This document shows, one piece after another, positions 39,781-49,753 of a DNA stretch of 64,000 nucleotides (the first letter of the stretch is position 1; each line of letters opens with the position of its first letter). The position numbers and the translations under genes were made by a program. The DNA is taken from the NCBI GenBank assembly GCA_002452095.1, contig DKEG01000026.1, positions 442-64,441 of the forward strand, in the 5' to 3' direction. This DNA is from Bacteroidales bacterium UBA6828 (GTDB lineage Bacteria; Bacteroidota; Bacteroidia; Bacteroidales; Paludibacteraceae). The notes under the pieces were generated by a model. That model was not told the origin of the DNA. It searched no databases and was given only the letters and a program-made list of their open reading frames with translations.

Positions 39781-42700
39781 AACGTTTCTGGAAGATATTT
39801 GGTATCACGCTCGGTGCGATAGTCGGGGTGTTGCTGGTTGTGGTGTGCGTGGCGATTTGGCTGATATTCACGCCCGCACGGCTGACACCTATCGTGCGGC
39901 AAGTGGCGGACAAGTATATCACCTGCCAACATGAGGTGGGCGAGGTGGACTTGACGTTCTTTTCCACGTTCCCCGAGTTCGGATTGCGCGTGGACGGACT
40001 CTGTCTCATCAACCCCACAGAGGGCGCGCAGAGCGATACGCTCTTGGCTGCACCCGAGGTGGTCGCTACGGTGAACATAGTGGAGTTCTTGCAGCACAGC
40101 AATCTGGTAGTCAAAGAGTTGTCTTTGCCCAATGCAGTAGCGAATATCTATATCGCCGCCGATGGTACGACCAATTTCGATGTATTTGCACTCTCGTCGG
40201 ACACCACGGCTGTGGACACCGTTTCTTCTGGGCTGCCTTTCGACCAAATCAGCGTCGATGCCGCTCGTATCGAAGGGCGGTACATCTCTTTTGTGGACGA
40301 GAAAGACAGTATCTCCGCCTCGCTGGCGAACACCACGCTGGCGGCTCGTATCGGCAGTTGGGACGATGTGCTGCTGACGCTCCAATCGGAGGCTGTGAGT
40401 GCTATGCTCGGCGATACGCAATATGCGGACAGCCTGCAGGTGGCGGTCTCGTTGCCTGTCTCGGTGGATTTGGAGAATATGCACTTTGCATTGCACAAAG
40501 CCGAATTGCAGGTAAATGAGTTTGCTTTGCAGTTGGATGGTATGGCTGACATAGGCGACTCAATTACCTTAGATATGCACGCGCGTGCGAACGAATGGCA
40601 GATAGAGCCGCTATTGGCACTTTTGCCCGCTTCGGTGACGGACATGCTCCGCGACATCAGTGTGGACGGGCGTGTGTCGCTCGATGCCGATGTGCAGGGT
40701 GTGTATTGCGGGGCGCAAATGCCGTTGGTAGATGCCCATTTGGTGCTTGAGGACGGGCGTGGCAAGTATACAGCATTGCCTTATACTCTGCGCGATGTGG
40801 CATTGGACGCTGACGCACATATCGACCTCAACGACGACAAGGCGAGTGCGGTACAGATCCATTCGCTGACGGCAAAGACCAAAGACAGCCAAATAGACGC
40901 TTCGGGTGAGGTTACGGAACTGATGGCGGATATGCTGCTTGACCTCGAACTGAACGCCGATTTACACTTGCCCGATATAGCCTATTTCCTGCCGGAGAAT
41001 ATACTAACCACAGGGCAAGGTCAGGGTAAGGTCAGGGCAAAGATACACCTAAGCGACCTGACGGATATGCGTTTGGAGCGCGGGCAGTTCAGCGGCGATA
41101 TCCGCCTGCAAGGTGTGGATTTCCAAATGGATAGTATGTTGGCTAAACTGCCCGATACGCGCCTGCAATTTACCTTGCCCAACCCCAAGCCGTCGCATAA
41201 GTCGGTTGGTTGGCTGGCAGCACAAGTGTCATTGCAAAGTGTTGATTTCGAGATAATTGATGCGCTTGCAGCACAACTCGGGCAGACCGATTTGCAACTC
41301 GAGGCAAGCAATATCTTGGGCAACAGTCCTGTCCTTTGCGCCACACTCGGACTGCAATCCGCAGCACCTTTGCATGCCGCAATGGATAGTATGGAGGCAA
41401 CCATCGCCGCCCCACATCTGGCTGCCTACGCAGAGTACAACACCAAGGATACTACGGCTGTGCCGACCCTGCAAGCGAACCTCTCGTTTGACGACCTGCG
41501 TGGCTGCTACACGGATATGCAGGCACATCTGACCAAGTCTTCGCTGGAGGCTGCCCTCCGTCCCGGCAAGCGAAACAAGTTCGTGCCGCACCTGGAAGCC
41601 GCCGTACAGACAAAGACCCTTGAGGGCAAGATGGGCAATGATGTGCAGGTGAAGACGGCGGCACTGTCTCTTAAAGCATCAGCACGCTACAACAAACAGG
41701 GCGAGAACCTGCTCTTGCAATGGAACCCGAAATTGGATGTCGATCTGCAGTCGGGTGAGGCGCACTTGGCGGCTATTGATAAGCCTATTTATATTCCGCA
41801 AATCACGTTCACCTACTCGAACAAGGACTTTCAGATTGCACAGTCGCAAGTGCGGGTGGGTAACTCCGATTTCGCCCTCACGGGCGAGGTGCAGAATATC
41901 GGTGCATGGCTGCGCAAACAAGGTGATTTGACAGGCGAACTGAACTTTGTTTCCGACCATACCGATGTGAACGAACTGATGGCACTCTGCTCTGCCGACT
42001 CGGGCAGCGAGGAGCAACCCGCGGAGGACAAAGAACAAGGGACAAAGAACGAAGAACAAAAAACAAAGGACAGCACCACAGCGGAAGCCTCGCCGTTCCT
42101 TGTGCCGCTGGGCGTAGATGTGGCACTCAACACGCACATCAAAGAGGCGGTGGTATTCAATGAGGTGGCGCACGACCTGAAAGGCAAACTCTATATCAAA
42201 GATGGTACACTCGTGCTGGACGAGATGGGTTTCGTATGCAATGCCGCCAAACTGCAACTCACAGCGATGTACCGCACCCCGCGCCGCAACCATATCTATG
42301 TGGGCTTTGATTATCATATGATTGACATTGATATAGCCGAACTCATCCATATGATTCCGCAACTCGACTCCATTGTGCCGATGTTGCGTGCTTTCAAGGG
42401 CGCGGCGGAGTTCCACCTCGCGGCGGAGACCTATACCAATGCCAAATATGAAATCAAGCCCTCTACCTTGCGCGGGGCATGCAGTATATTCGGCAAAGAC
42501 TTGGTGGTGATGGACAATGCAACGTTCAGCAAGATTTCCAAGTTGCTGCTATTCAACAAGAAAACTGAGAACAAAGTGGATAGTATCTCCGCCGAACTGA
42601 CCGTCTATAAGAAGGAGATAGATGTCTATCCGTTCTGTGTCTCGCTCGACAACTATATGGTGGCACTCGGCGGGCGGCACAATCTGGATATGACCTTTGA

Positions 42701-42899
42701 TTATGATGTAAACGTCTTGTCGCCTATCTATTTGGGCGTGAACGTATCGGGCAATATCGACGACTTGAAAATCAAGTTGGCGAAGTGCAAGTTTGCCAAA
42801 GATTTCAAGCCGCATTTCCACGGCAAAGTGGATGAAGAGAGTGCCAACCTGCGAAAGATGATACGTGAGTCGATGCGTAAAAATGTGAAAATCAAATAA
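39777..42899 (+). CDS. AsmA/TamB-like large membrane-anchored protein
   Basis: 1040 aa with a single N-terminal TM (ITLGAIVGVLLVVVCVAIWLIF). The long beta-rich body and C-terminal region are reminiscent of the AsmA family. The call rests on architecture only. Confidence 0.6.
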   Translation: MKRFWKIFGITLGAIVGVLLVVVCVAIWLIFTPARLTPIVRQVADKYITCQHEVGEVDLTFFSTFPEFGLRVDGLCLINPTEGAQSDTLLAAPEVVATVNIVEFLQHSNLVVKELSLPNAVANIYIAADGTTNFDVFALSSDTTAVDTVSSGLPFDQISVDAARIEGRYISFVDEKDSISASLANTTLAARIGSWDDVLLTLQSEAVSAMLGDTQYADSLQVAVSLPVSVDLENMHFALHKAELQVNEFALQLDGMADIGDSITLDMHARANEWQIEPLLALLPASVTDMLRDISVDGRVSLDADVQGVYCGAQMPLVDAHLVLEDGRGKYTALPYTLRDVALDADAHIDLNDDKASAVQIHSLTAKTKDSQIDASGEVTELMADMLLDLELNADLHLPDIAYFLPENILTTGQGQGKVRAKIHLSDLTDMRLERGQFSGDIRLQGVDFQMDSMLAKLPDTRLQFTLPNPKPSHKSVGWLAAQVSLQSVDFEIIDALAAQLGQTDLQLEASNILGNSPVLCATLGLQSAAPLHAAMDSMEATIAAPHLAAYAEYNTKDTTAVPTLQANLSFDDLRGCYTDMQAHLTKSSLEAALRPGKRNKFVPHLEAAVQTKTLEGKMGNDVQVKTAALSLKASARYNKQGENLLLQWNPKLDVDLQSGEAHLAAIDKPIYIPQITFTYSNKDFQIAQSQVRVGNSDFALTGEVQNIGAWLRKQGDLTGELNFVSDHTDVNELMALCSADSGSEEQPAEDKEQGTKNEEQKTKDSTTAEASPFLVPLGVDVALNTHIKEAVVFNEVAHDLKGKLYIKDGTLVLDEMGFVCNAAKLQLTAMYRTPRRNHIYVGFDYHMIDIDIAELIHMIPQLDSIVPMLRAFKGAAEFHLAAETYTNAKYEIKPSTLRGACSIFGKDLVVMDNATFSKISKLLLFNKKTENKVDSISAELTVYKKEIDVYPFCVSLDNYMVALGGRHNLDMTFDYDVNVLSPIYLGVNVSGNIDDLKIKLAKCKFAKDFKPHFHGKVDEESANLRKMIRESMRKNVKIK

Positions 42900-42906
42900 C
42901 TATAAT

Positions 42907-45000
42907 ATGAAAAAATCCGTTCTATTCGGCATTGCCGCCATTACGCTTATGGCATGTAACAATCAAAACCCGTTTTTGTCGGAGCAGAACACGCCCTATG
43001 GTGTTCCCGCTTTCGACAAGATTAAAACCGAGCACTATATGCCCGCTTTCGAGGCGGCTATAGCACAGAACCAAGCCGAGATACAGGCTATCGTGTCTAA
43101 CCCCGCCGAACCCACTTTTGAGAATACCATTGTGGCACTCGACCGCAGCGGTGGTCTGTTGGAAAAAGTGAGCGGTGTGTTCTTCAATGTATTGGAGGCG
43201 GACGGCAACGATGAGATGAACCATATCGCAGAGAAAGTAACCCCTATGCTTTCTGACTTGAGCGATGGTATTCTGCTCAACGACAGTCTGTTCCAACGAA
43301 TCAAGTTTGTGTACGACCAGCGCGAGCAACTCGGGCTGAACGCCGAGCAGATGCGTCTTCTAACCGAGACCTATAAGCATTTTGCGCTGAATGGTGCCAA
43401 TCTCCAGCCTGAGCAGAAAGAACGCCTCAAGGAGATTAACAGCGAGTTGGGTTTGCTGTCGCTTCAATTCGGCAACAACGTAGTAGCAGAGACCAATGCT
43501 TACCAACTGTTTATAACCGATGAGAACGAACTCAAAGGGCTGCCGGAGAGCGCAAAAGCCGCTGCCAAAGAGGAGGCAACCGCTGCCGGTCGCCCCGATG
43601 CGTGGCTCTTTACACCCAAGCGCACTTCGTTCACGCCCGTACTGCAGTATTGCGAGAACCGCGACTTGCGCCGCGAACTGCTGCTGGCATACACCACCCG
43701 CGGCAACCACGACAACGAGTACGACAACAAAGCCGTCATCGTTAAGACGATGAAACTGCGCGTCGAGAAAGCGCACCTCTTCGGTTACGACTGCCCCGCC
43801 GACTATATCCTCGCCGACTGTATGGCGCACGATGCGAAGACCGTGGACGCTTTCCTCCAATCCGTTTGGGAGCCCAGTCTCGCTGCAGCCAAGCGTGAAG
43901 CCGCTGAACTGCAAACGCTTATGAACGAAGACCTGCCCGGTGAGGAACTGCAGCCGTGGGATTGGTGGTACTATGCCGAGAAACTCCGCAAAGCGAAATA
44001 CGATCTCGATGAGGAGCAACTCAAACCCTATTTTGAACTGAGCAACGTCCGCAAAGGCGTGTTCGGATTGGCGCATAACCTCTACGGGCTCAATTTCGAG
44101 CAACTCACCGATATGCCGGTCTATAACCCCGAGGTGGAGGTGTTCAAAGTAACCGATGCCGAAGATAAACTCGTGGGCATCCTCTATACCGACTATTTTC
44201 CGCGTGCGGGCAAACGCCCGGGCGCATGGATGAACAATATCCAGAGCCAGTACGTGGATGCCGATGGCGTGGACCATCGCCCCATCATCATCAATGTCGG
44301 CAATTTCAACAAACCTACCAAGGGCAATCCGTCGCTCCTGTCTATGGACGACGTGGAGACCCTATTCCATGAGTTCGGACACGCCCTCCATGGACTCATG
44401 TCCAAGGCGACCTACAAGAGTCTCTCCGGCACTAATACCCCGCGCGACTTTGTGGAACTGCCCTCGCAGTTTATGGAGAACTACTGCTATCGCCCCGAGA
44501 TAATGAAGACCTATGCTTTTCATTATCAGACCGGTGAGGTGATGCCCGACTCGCTGATACAGAAGATCAATAATGCCAAAACGTTCAATCAAGGTTTTGT
44601 GGAAACCGAGTTGCTGAGTGCTTCCATTCTTGATATGGACTATCACGAGATAACGGATACGGCTGACTTTGATGTCAATGTGTTCGAAGCAGAGTCGATG
44701 GCTAAGATGCATATGATTCCGCAGATTATCACGCGTTACCGCTCTACGTTCTACAACCATATCTTCACCACGGGCTACGAGGCCGGTTACTATAGTTACA
44801 CATGGTCTGCTGTCTTGGATGCGGATGCTTTTGCGGCTTTTGAGGAGACGGGCGACATCCTCAATCCCGATGTGGCGAAGCGTTTCCGCCATATGCTGGA
44901 GCAGGGTGGTACACGTGATGCTGCCGAACTCTATCAGGAGTTCCGCGGCAAGCCCGCTGACGCTAAATATCTCTTGGAGCGTAAGGGCTTTGTAGAGTAA
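42907..45000 (+). CDS. dcp: M3-family peptidyl-dipeptidase (Dcp-like), lipoprotein
   Basis: HEFGHALHG zinc motif, about 700 aa, lipobox ITLMAC. Confidence 0.85.
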   Translation: MKKSVLFGIAAITLMACNNQNPFLSEQNTPYGVPAFDKIKTEHYMPAFEAAIAQNQAEIQAIVSNPAEPTFENTIVALDRSGGLLEKVSGVFFNVLEADGNDEMNHIAEKVTPMLSDLSDGILLNDSLFQRIKFVYDQREQLGLNAEQMRLLTETYKHFALNGANLQPEQKERLKEINSELGLLSLQFGNNVVAETNAYQLFITDENELKGLPESAKAAAKEEATAAGRPDAWLFTPKRTSFTPVLQYCENRDLRRELLLAYTTRGNHDNEYDNKAVIVKTMKLRVEKAHLFGYDCPADYILADCMAHDAKTVDAFLQSVWEPSLAAAKREAAELQTLMNEDLPGEELQPWDWWYYAEKLRKAKYDLDEEQLKPYFELSNVRKGVFGLAHNLYGLNFEQLTDMPVYNPEVEVFKVTDAEDKLVGILYTDYFPRAGKRPGAWMNNIQSQYVDADGVDHRPIIINVGNFNKPTKGNPSLLSMDDVETLFHEFGHALHGLMSKATYKSLSGTNTPRDFVELPSQFMENYCYRPEIMKTYAFHYQTGEVMPDSLIQKINNAKTFNQGFVETELLSASILDMDYHEITDTADFDVNVFEAESMAKMHMIPQIITRYRSTFYNHIFTTGYEAGYYSYTWSAVLDADAFAAFEETGDILNPDVAKRFRHMLEQGGTRDAAELYQEFRGKPADAKYLLERKGFVE

Positions 45001-45032
45001 GTTTTTGGTAGAAAAAATCTTTTGGCAAATGA

Positions 45033-45072
45033 AATGGGGTTGCTTGACACATTCAGGCAACCCCATTTTTTT
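45033..45072. terminator. terminator hairpin between convergent dcp and res
   Basis: AATGGGGTTGC-N13-GCAACCCCATT followed by T7. It overlaps the res stop codon. Confidence 0.7.
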
Positions 45073-47719
45073 AGAGCAATCGGAGTATATCTATAAACTC
45101 CGAATAGGTGTACGCCCCATCTGCTTTCTTATTTTGATAGACGAGGAAATAGCGGAATTGGCTCCCCGCTTTGTTTGCCCACATATTGCCGAGCAGAATC
45201 TTGTCGGTGGCATCGAGGTGGTCGCCTTTGGTCTCAAGCAATACCGTCTTTCCGCGACGGGTGCGGATGATAAAGTCGGGGTAGTGGTTGATAAATCCGT
45301 TGATACAGAAGTCTTTGCGCTCTCGGTTGCGCGTCCACCATTCTACATTCTCCAAGTTCGCCACCTCATTGATGACCTGCTTCTCAAACCCGTTCACATC
45401 CTCTTCGCGTGTGTGCAGCATCTTGGTGATACTGTCTTGCGGCGCGGACAGCACTATCTCGTCGGGGATAGCGAACGCGGGGCGGACAAAGATTTTGTCG
45501 GTGTCTAATCCGCGGCGGAACTGCTGCTGTTTGTAGCGGTTTTCCAATGCCAATATATCCTGCTTCAGCACTTGCGTGTATTCGTTGATGTGCAGGAGAA
45601 ACTGCTCAAAGTCCGCCTCACGGAACTCAATAAACCGCTGTTCTATATAGGTTTGCACGTCTTTGGGCGTGAGGGGTATCATCTTGCCCATCAGTGCCGC
45701 CACCTCGCTGCTGCAGCGGGTGCGCTTGCTGTCTATATTGTCGGCATTGCGTATGTAGTTCAGTATCAAGTCGTAAGCCGAACCTTTGATTTTCTCGTAG
45801 CGGGGTGTGTGGTCGTCCGTTTGGTCGGAAATATCCACTTTGTAGAGGCTCGTTTCTGTCGCTTCGCACGAGAAAGGCGGTGTCTCCTGTGCGGAAAGGC
45901 GGAAACCTTGCAGCAGGTCTTCGCCCTCCAGCAGGTGTTCGCTTGCCTCGCCGAAGATATTACCGGGCGAAGTCTCGTCCCTGATGAAGAACTGCGGCAG
46001 GCAAACGGCTTTTGCACTATCGGCATAGAGCGATTGGATAGTCGCCCGCTTGACGCTTTCGGCTAACTCTACCGGCACTTGTTCGCCCGTCTGCTGTTGC
46101 ATTTGTTGTTCCATATCCGTGGCTTGTTGGTGTGCAGTGGCGAGTATCTGTGCCACTTCTTTGTTGTCTTCTGTTGTGTTTTGCGGTTGATATGCTATGT
46201 CGGTTCGTCCGTCGAAACGGATAGCGGTGGTGTCGATGTCATCGGCTGTGGTCGTCTGCGGGGGTGTCTCTTCGGGGAAGAGCATCTGCAAGGTAGGGGT
46301 GGTTGGTGCCGGTGCAGCGGTCTCCGCCATATCAAGGGAACGGTAGTCGCGGGCGGAGAAACCCGCATGGTTGAGTCCTGCCACCACGCTTTGCAACGTG
46401 TCTTGGAACTTTGCCGAGGCGGTCAGCACATAGGACAGGTTCAGCACATCGGCATTGTTGCGCCGTGCATACGGCAGACGCAGCACACGCCCCACTATCT
46501 GCTCCACGTCCACGCTCGACGACTTGTCCGCCAGCGATGCCAAGATGTAGGCAAACGGGCAGTCCCAGCCCTCTTTGAGGGCGTTGATGGTGATGATATA
46601 GCGCACGGGGCAGTCGGGCGACATGAGGTCAATACCTGCCAGTTCGTTGATGTCGGCGGTCTTGATCTTGATTTGCTCTTCGGGGATATGGAGTGCCATC
46701 AGTTTCTCGCGTATCTTGCCGAAGGTCTCACGTTCCTCGTCTTTGTTCTTCGGTTGGGCTTGAAACAGCACTATCGGGCGTATGTAGCGCGTCGGGTCTT
46801 GGCGGGCGGTATGCTCGAGGGAGCGTTGCAGGTGCAGTGCCGAGTCAATGACCTGGTTTTTGTTGGTATGGTTATAGACAATCACGGGCAGTTTGACCAT
46901 ATTGTTGCGCTTGAGTTCCAGCGCGTCGGTGAAGCAGATGATGTTGCTGTTCTGCTTGGGCGTGGCGGTGAGGTCAAGCACGATGGATGGTGCCATGTCG
47001 TTGAGCATATCCTCCGAGAGCGGGGTGCTGGCGTTGTGGCTCTCGTCCACTATCACCACGGGGTGCAGCGCCCGCAGGACGGACATCAGTTGTATCTCGC
47101 CCGCCTCGTCCGCCACGGCACCGGGCAGACCGGCAAACGACTGCAGGTAGCCGTTGTCCTGATAGACCTTGCGCCCGTCTTTGTTGGTGGCGCGGAACGA
47201 ATCGAACGTCGCCACCATAATGCACAGGTTCTCCCGCACGTTGGAGAGCGAGAACCCTTGTCCGAGCAACGCCTGCTGCTTGTCGAAGACCAGGACACGG
47301 CTGTTGAAATCGGTGTCGATACGTTGCCGGTACGGGTGGCGCGGGTTGATGAGGTGGCGCAGTGTCTGCTCCAAGATAGTGGTGGACGGTACCAGCCACA
47401 CCACCATTTGGCAGGCGGTGTGTATGTGGTTGAACAGCACCCGCAATGCCGCCGAGGCAAGCAGGGTCTTGCCGCCGCCTGTCGGCACTTTGCAGCAGAT
47501 ATGCGGGGCGTGGCGGACATTGTCCTTGTAGGGTTCGATGGCGGTGCCGCGGCAAGGCTCGTAGGCGGGACGGTTGGTGCGCCAGAAGGTGCGGAACGCC
47601 TCCACATAGTTGTGGTGAGGGTCTTGCTCGATAAGGGTGAGATAACGCTCTATCTCGTCCAAGTTGTGCTGTTGGTATGATTTCAGTTCCATGTGTCTCC
47701 TTTCTCCATTAAAGACCAT
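45071..47719 (-). CDS. res: type III restriction enzyme, Res subunit (helicase + PD-ExK nuclease)
   Basis: Walker A KVPTGGGKT, VIVDESHN (DEAH-like) and LDLTATPK. The C-terminal YPDFII...VLLETKG is a PD-(D/E)xK motif. It lies directly downstream of mod. An alternative start is M10 at 47692. Confidence 0.85.
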   Translation of the reverse strand: MVFNGERRHMELKSYQQHNLDEIERYLTLIEQDPHHNYVEAFRTFWRTNRPAYEPCRGTAIEPYKDNVRHAPHICCKVPTGGGKTLLASAALRVLFNHIHTACQMVVWLVPSTTILEQTLRHLINPRHPYRQRIDTDFNSRVLVFDKQQALLGQGFSLSNVRENLCIMVATFDSFRATNKDGRKVYQDNGYLQSFAGLPGAVADEAGEIQLMSVLRALHPVVIVDESHNASTPLSEDMLNDMAPSIVLDLTATPKQNSNIICFTDALELKRNNMVKLPVIVYNHTNKNQVIDSALHLQRSLEHTARQDPTRYIRPIVLFQAQPKNKDEERETFGKIREKLMALHIPEEQIKIKTADINELAGIDLMSPDCPVRYIITINALKEGWDCPFAYILASLADKSSSVDVEQIVGRVLRLPYARRNNADVLNLSYVLTASAKFQDTLQSVVAGLNHAGFSARDYRSLDMAETAAPAPTTPTLQMLFPEETPPQTTTADDIDTTAIRFDGRTDIAYQPQNTTEDNKEVAQILATAHQQATDMEQQMQQQTGEQVPVELAESVKRATIQSLYADSAKAVCLPQFFIRDETSPGNIFGEASEHLLEGEDLLQGFRLSAQETPPFSCEATETSLYKVDISDQTDDHTPRYEKIKGSAYDLILNYIRNADNIDSKRTRCSSEVAALMGKMIPLTPKDVQTYIEQRFIEFREADFEQFLLHINEYTQVLKQDILALENRYKQQQFRRGLDTDKIFVRPAFAIPDEIVLSAPQDSITKMLHTREEDVNGFEKQVINEVANLENVEWWTRNRERKDFCINGFINHYPDFIIRTRRGKTVLLETKGDHLDATDKILLGNMWANKAGSQFRYFLVYQNKKADGAYTYSEFIDILRLL

Positions 47720-47791
47720 TAAAATCCCATTAAAAGTCTCAGTTAATTAGACGTTAATTCGTAATTCCTCATTCCTAATTCATAATTATCT

Positions 47792-49489
47792 CTACACTTT
47801 CTTGATGTCGCGGGGAATTTGCTTGAAGGTGATGTGGTGGGTAAGCATAAAGTCGCGGCTCAGGCGGCAGCAGTCGGCATAGATGATATACTGCTCGGCT
47901 TGGTCGGCTGGGGTGAACGTGTTGAGAAAAGCCCTGTCCAATACCGTCTCCTCGCCACGTTTGTAATAGAAATAGTAGTTGGTGCCGTCCTTGCGCCCTA
48001 ACAAGTAAGGGTGCGGGGTAGGGTGTGTACTAACGACGCGGGACGCGTCGTCTCCATAATCTATAGGACTGTGATACGGCGTATTCGTTTCGCTGTACCA
48101 GATATATCGCCGTATCTGCTCGGTGTCGGCGTGGTCGTTGAGGAGACCGGTCTGCGGGTCATAGATGGTGTCGCCTAACTCATAGAACGCAAACGAACCG
48201 CCCGTGCCCTCTACGGCTTTGCTGCCCTCACCGTAGCCGTCTATCACACGGCGCACCCGCTCGGCAGTAATCGTCTCCGCATAGTCGCACATCTCCACCA
48301 AAATAAACCGCCTGTGCCCGCCGTCCTGCTTGTTAAGATTCAACACCGCATGCGCAGTAGTACCCGAACCCGCAAAAGAATCAAGGATGAGGGCATCTTT
48401 GTGCGTGGCGATTTGTAGTATCTGTGAGATATATTCAACAGGTTTAGGGAAATCAAAGATATTCTTATCTCCAAATATTGAAATTATTTCTTTTGTTGCA
48501 GTTTGATTATGCCCAACCTCATCGCTTAACCATAAAGTATTCGGTGTACGCCCACTTTGAACACTACACAAAAATCTTTTCTTACGAGGAAATGAATTAC
48601 CTGTGTCACCAAACCAAATTTGATTAGTAGCAATTAAAGCCCGCATATTTTCTTCACTATATACCCAATGTTTGCCCAATGGGACATCAAATTCTTTTCC
48701 TGTTTTGGGGCTTATGACAATATAATGTCCATTACTTCTTTCTCCAGCAGCGACTAAATCCCCAGATTGCCATGGTCCCCTAATATCATTATCCCTATTA
48801 GTGTAACGCCCATTCATTTCTTTAGTTCGTGGTAGTAAATGCAGAGTGAAATTAGGTTTGTTCTTTGTATAGACCAAGGCATATTCATGATTTTCCGAGA
48901 AGTATTTGGCATCATTTTTAGTACTATGTATCTTTTGCCATACAATGGTACATAAATGATTACTTTTTCCGAATATCTCGTCGCAGATTAGTTTGAGGTT
49001 GGCTTGCTCGTTGTCGTCTATAGAGATGAAGATGGCACCCGTGGGAGAGAGCAGTTTTTGGAGGAGGATAAGGCGGGGGTACATCATACAGAGCCACTTG
49101 TCGTGGCGGGTGAGGTCTTCGGCTTCTTTGCCCACCACCGCACCTAACCATTTGCGGATATGCGGGTCGTTTACGTTGTCGTTGTACACCCAGCCCTCAT
49201 TGCCCGTATTATACGGCGGGTCGATGTAGATGCAATCCACGCGGTTCTCATACTCAGGCAGCAACGCTTTGAGTGCCTCGAGGTTGTCGCCGTGGATAAT
49301 TTTGTTGACCTCCCCAACCCCTCCAAGGGAGGGGCTATCGGTATTGGCACTGACGACCGCGGGCGAGGCGCCCGCGTCCCCGGCAACCTCACACTTGCCA
49401 TACGTGTATTGCTGTTTCAAGACGCGGTAGGGAACGTCGTTGTGGTGGGTCTGTACTTTCTCTTTTCCTATCCAGTGGAGGGTGGGCAT
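47792..49489 (-). CDS. mod: type III DNA methyltransferase, Mod subunit (beta-class N6/N4 MTase)
   Basis: IYIDPPYNTGNEGW (motif IV) comes before ILDSFAGSGTTAHAV (motif I). A variable AT-rich middle segment lies between them. The gene sits upstream of res. Confidence 0.9.
   Translation of the reverse strand: MPTLHWIGKEKVQTHHNDVPYRVLKQQYTYGKCEVAGDAGASPAVVSANTDSPSLGGVGEVNKIIHGDNLEALKALLPEYENRVDCIYIDPPYNTGNEGWVYNDNVNDPHIRKWLGAVVGKEAEDLTRHDKWLCMMYPRLILLQKLLSPTGAIFISIDDNEQANLKLICDEIFGKSNHLCTIVWQKIHSTKNDAKYFSENHEYALVYTKNKPNFTLHLLPRTKEMNGRYTNRDNDIRGPWQSGDLVAAGERSNGHYIVISPKTGKEFDVPLGKHWVYSEENMRALIATNQIWFGDTGNSFPRKKRFLCSVQSGRTPNTLWLSDEVGHNQTATKEIISIFGDKNIFDFPKPVEYISQILQIATHKDALILDSFAGSGTTAHAVLNLNKQDGGHRRFILVEMCDYAETITAERVRRVIDGYGEGSKAVEGTGGSFAFYELGDTIYDPQTGLLNDHADTEQIRRYIWYSETNTPYHSPIDYGDDASRVVSTHPTPHPYLLGRKDGTNYYFYYKRGEETVLDRAFLNTFTPADQAEQYIIYADCCRLSRDFMLTHHITFKQIPRDIKKV
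49307..49381. repeat. composite of three hairpin elements inserted in frame near the mod N-terminus
   Basis: GACCTCCCCAACCCCTCC-aag-GGAGGGG (49307-49336), a diverged CGGT..GGCAC hairpin (49338-49356), and the reverse complement of GGGGACGCGGGCGCCTCGCCCGCGG (49357-49381). Together they encode AGDAGASPAVVSANTDSPSLGGVGEV. Confidence 0.75.
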
Positions 49490-49575
49490 AGCAGTTGTTT
49501 GTCAGGTGGTCGCCCTTGCCCTCGGCGACCGGTACGGATACAAAAAAACGTGGGCAACTATACCTATCGAACTTG

Positions 49576-49753
49576 CTACTGCGGTCGTAGGAAACCTTTG
49601 CACTAAGTTCGGTATATAGCGTCCACGTGCATATATACACGCCATACACGACAAGGGAAGATCCCATTGTCGTGCGGCGGAGGTATATACACTCCGTAAA
49701 CGTCCACTGATACCGCCCTCTGAGTGCTTGTGAAATTTCCTACGTTTCAGTAG
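49576..49753 (-). other. inverted-repeat-bounded element A (18/19-nt arms, 141-nt interior) upstream of mod
   Basis: Arms are CTACTGCGGTCGTAGGAAA (49576-49594) and TTTCCTACGTTTCAGTAG (49736-49753). The element is homologous to 62807-62976 in the opposite orientation. Confidence 0.7.

Noticed and set aside
46079-47680. 533-aa plus-strand ORF opposite res, and 45005-45508 and 45572-46066 likewise.
   Set aside because: They are antisense to a gene with clear helicase and nuclease motifs, and they contain no motifs themselves.
49576-49753. Direct assignment of the inverted-repeat element to the B. fragilis Mpi-type invertible promoter class.
   Set aside because: The arm core (AAACGTAGGA) only partly matches the consensus I recall. 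No TAnnTTTG promoter was found inside the segment in either orientation, and no recombinase gene is nearby. It is kept only as one hypothesis in the findings.
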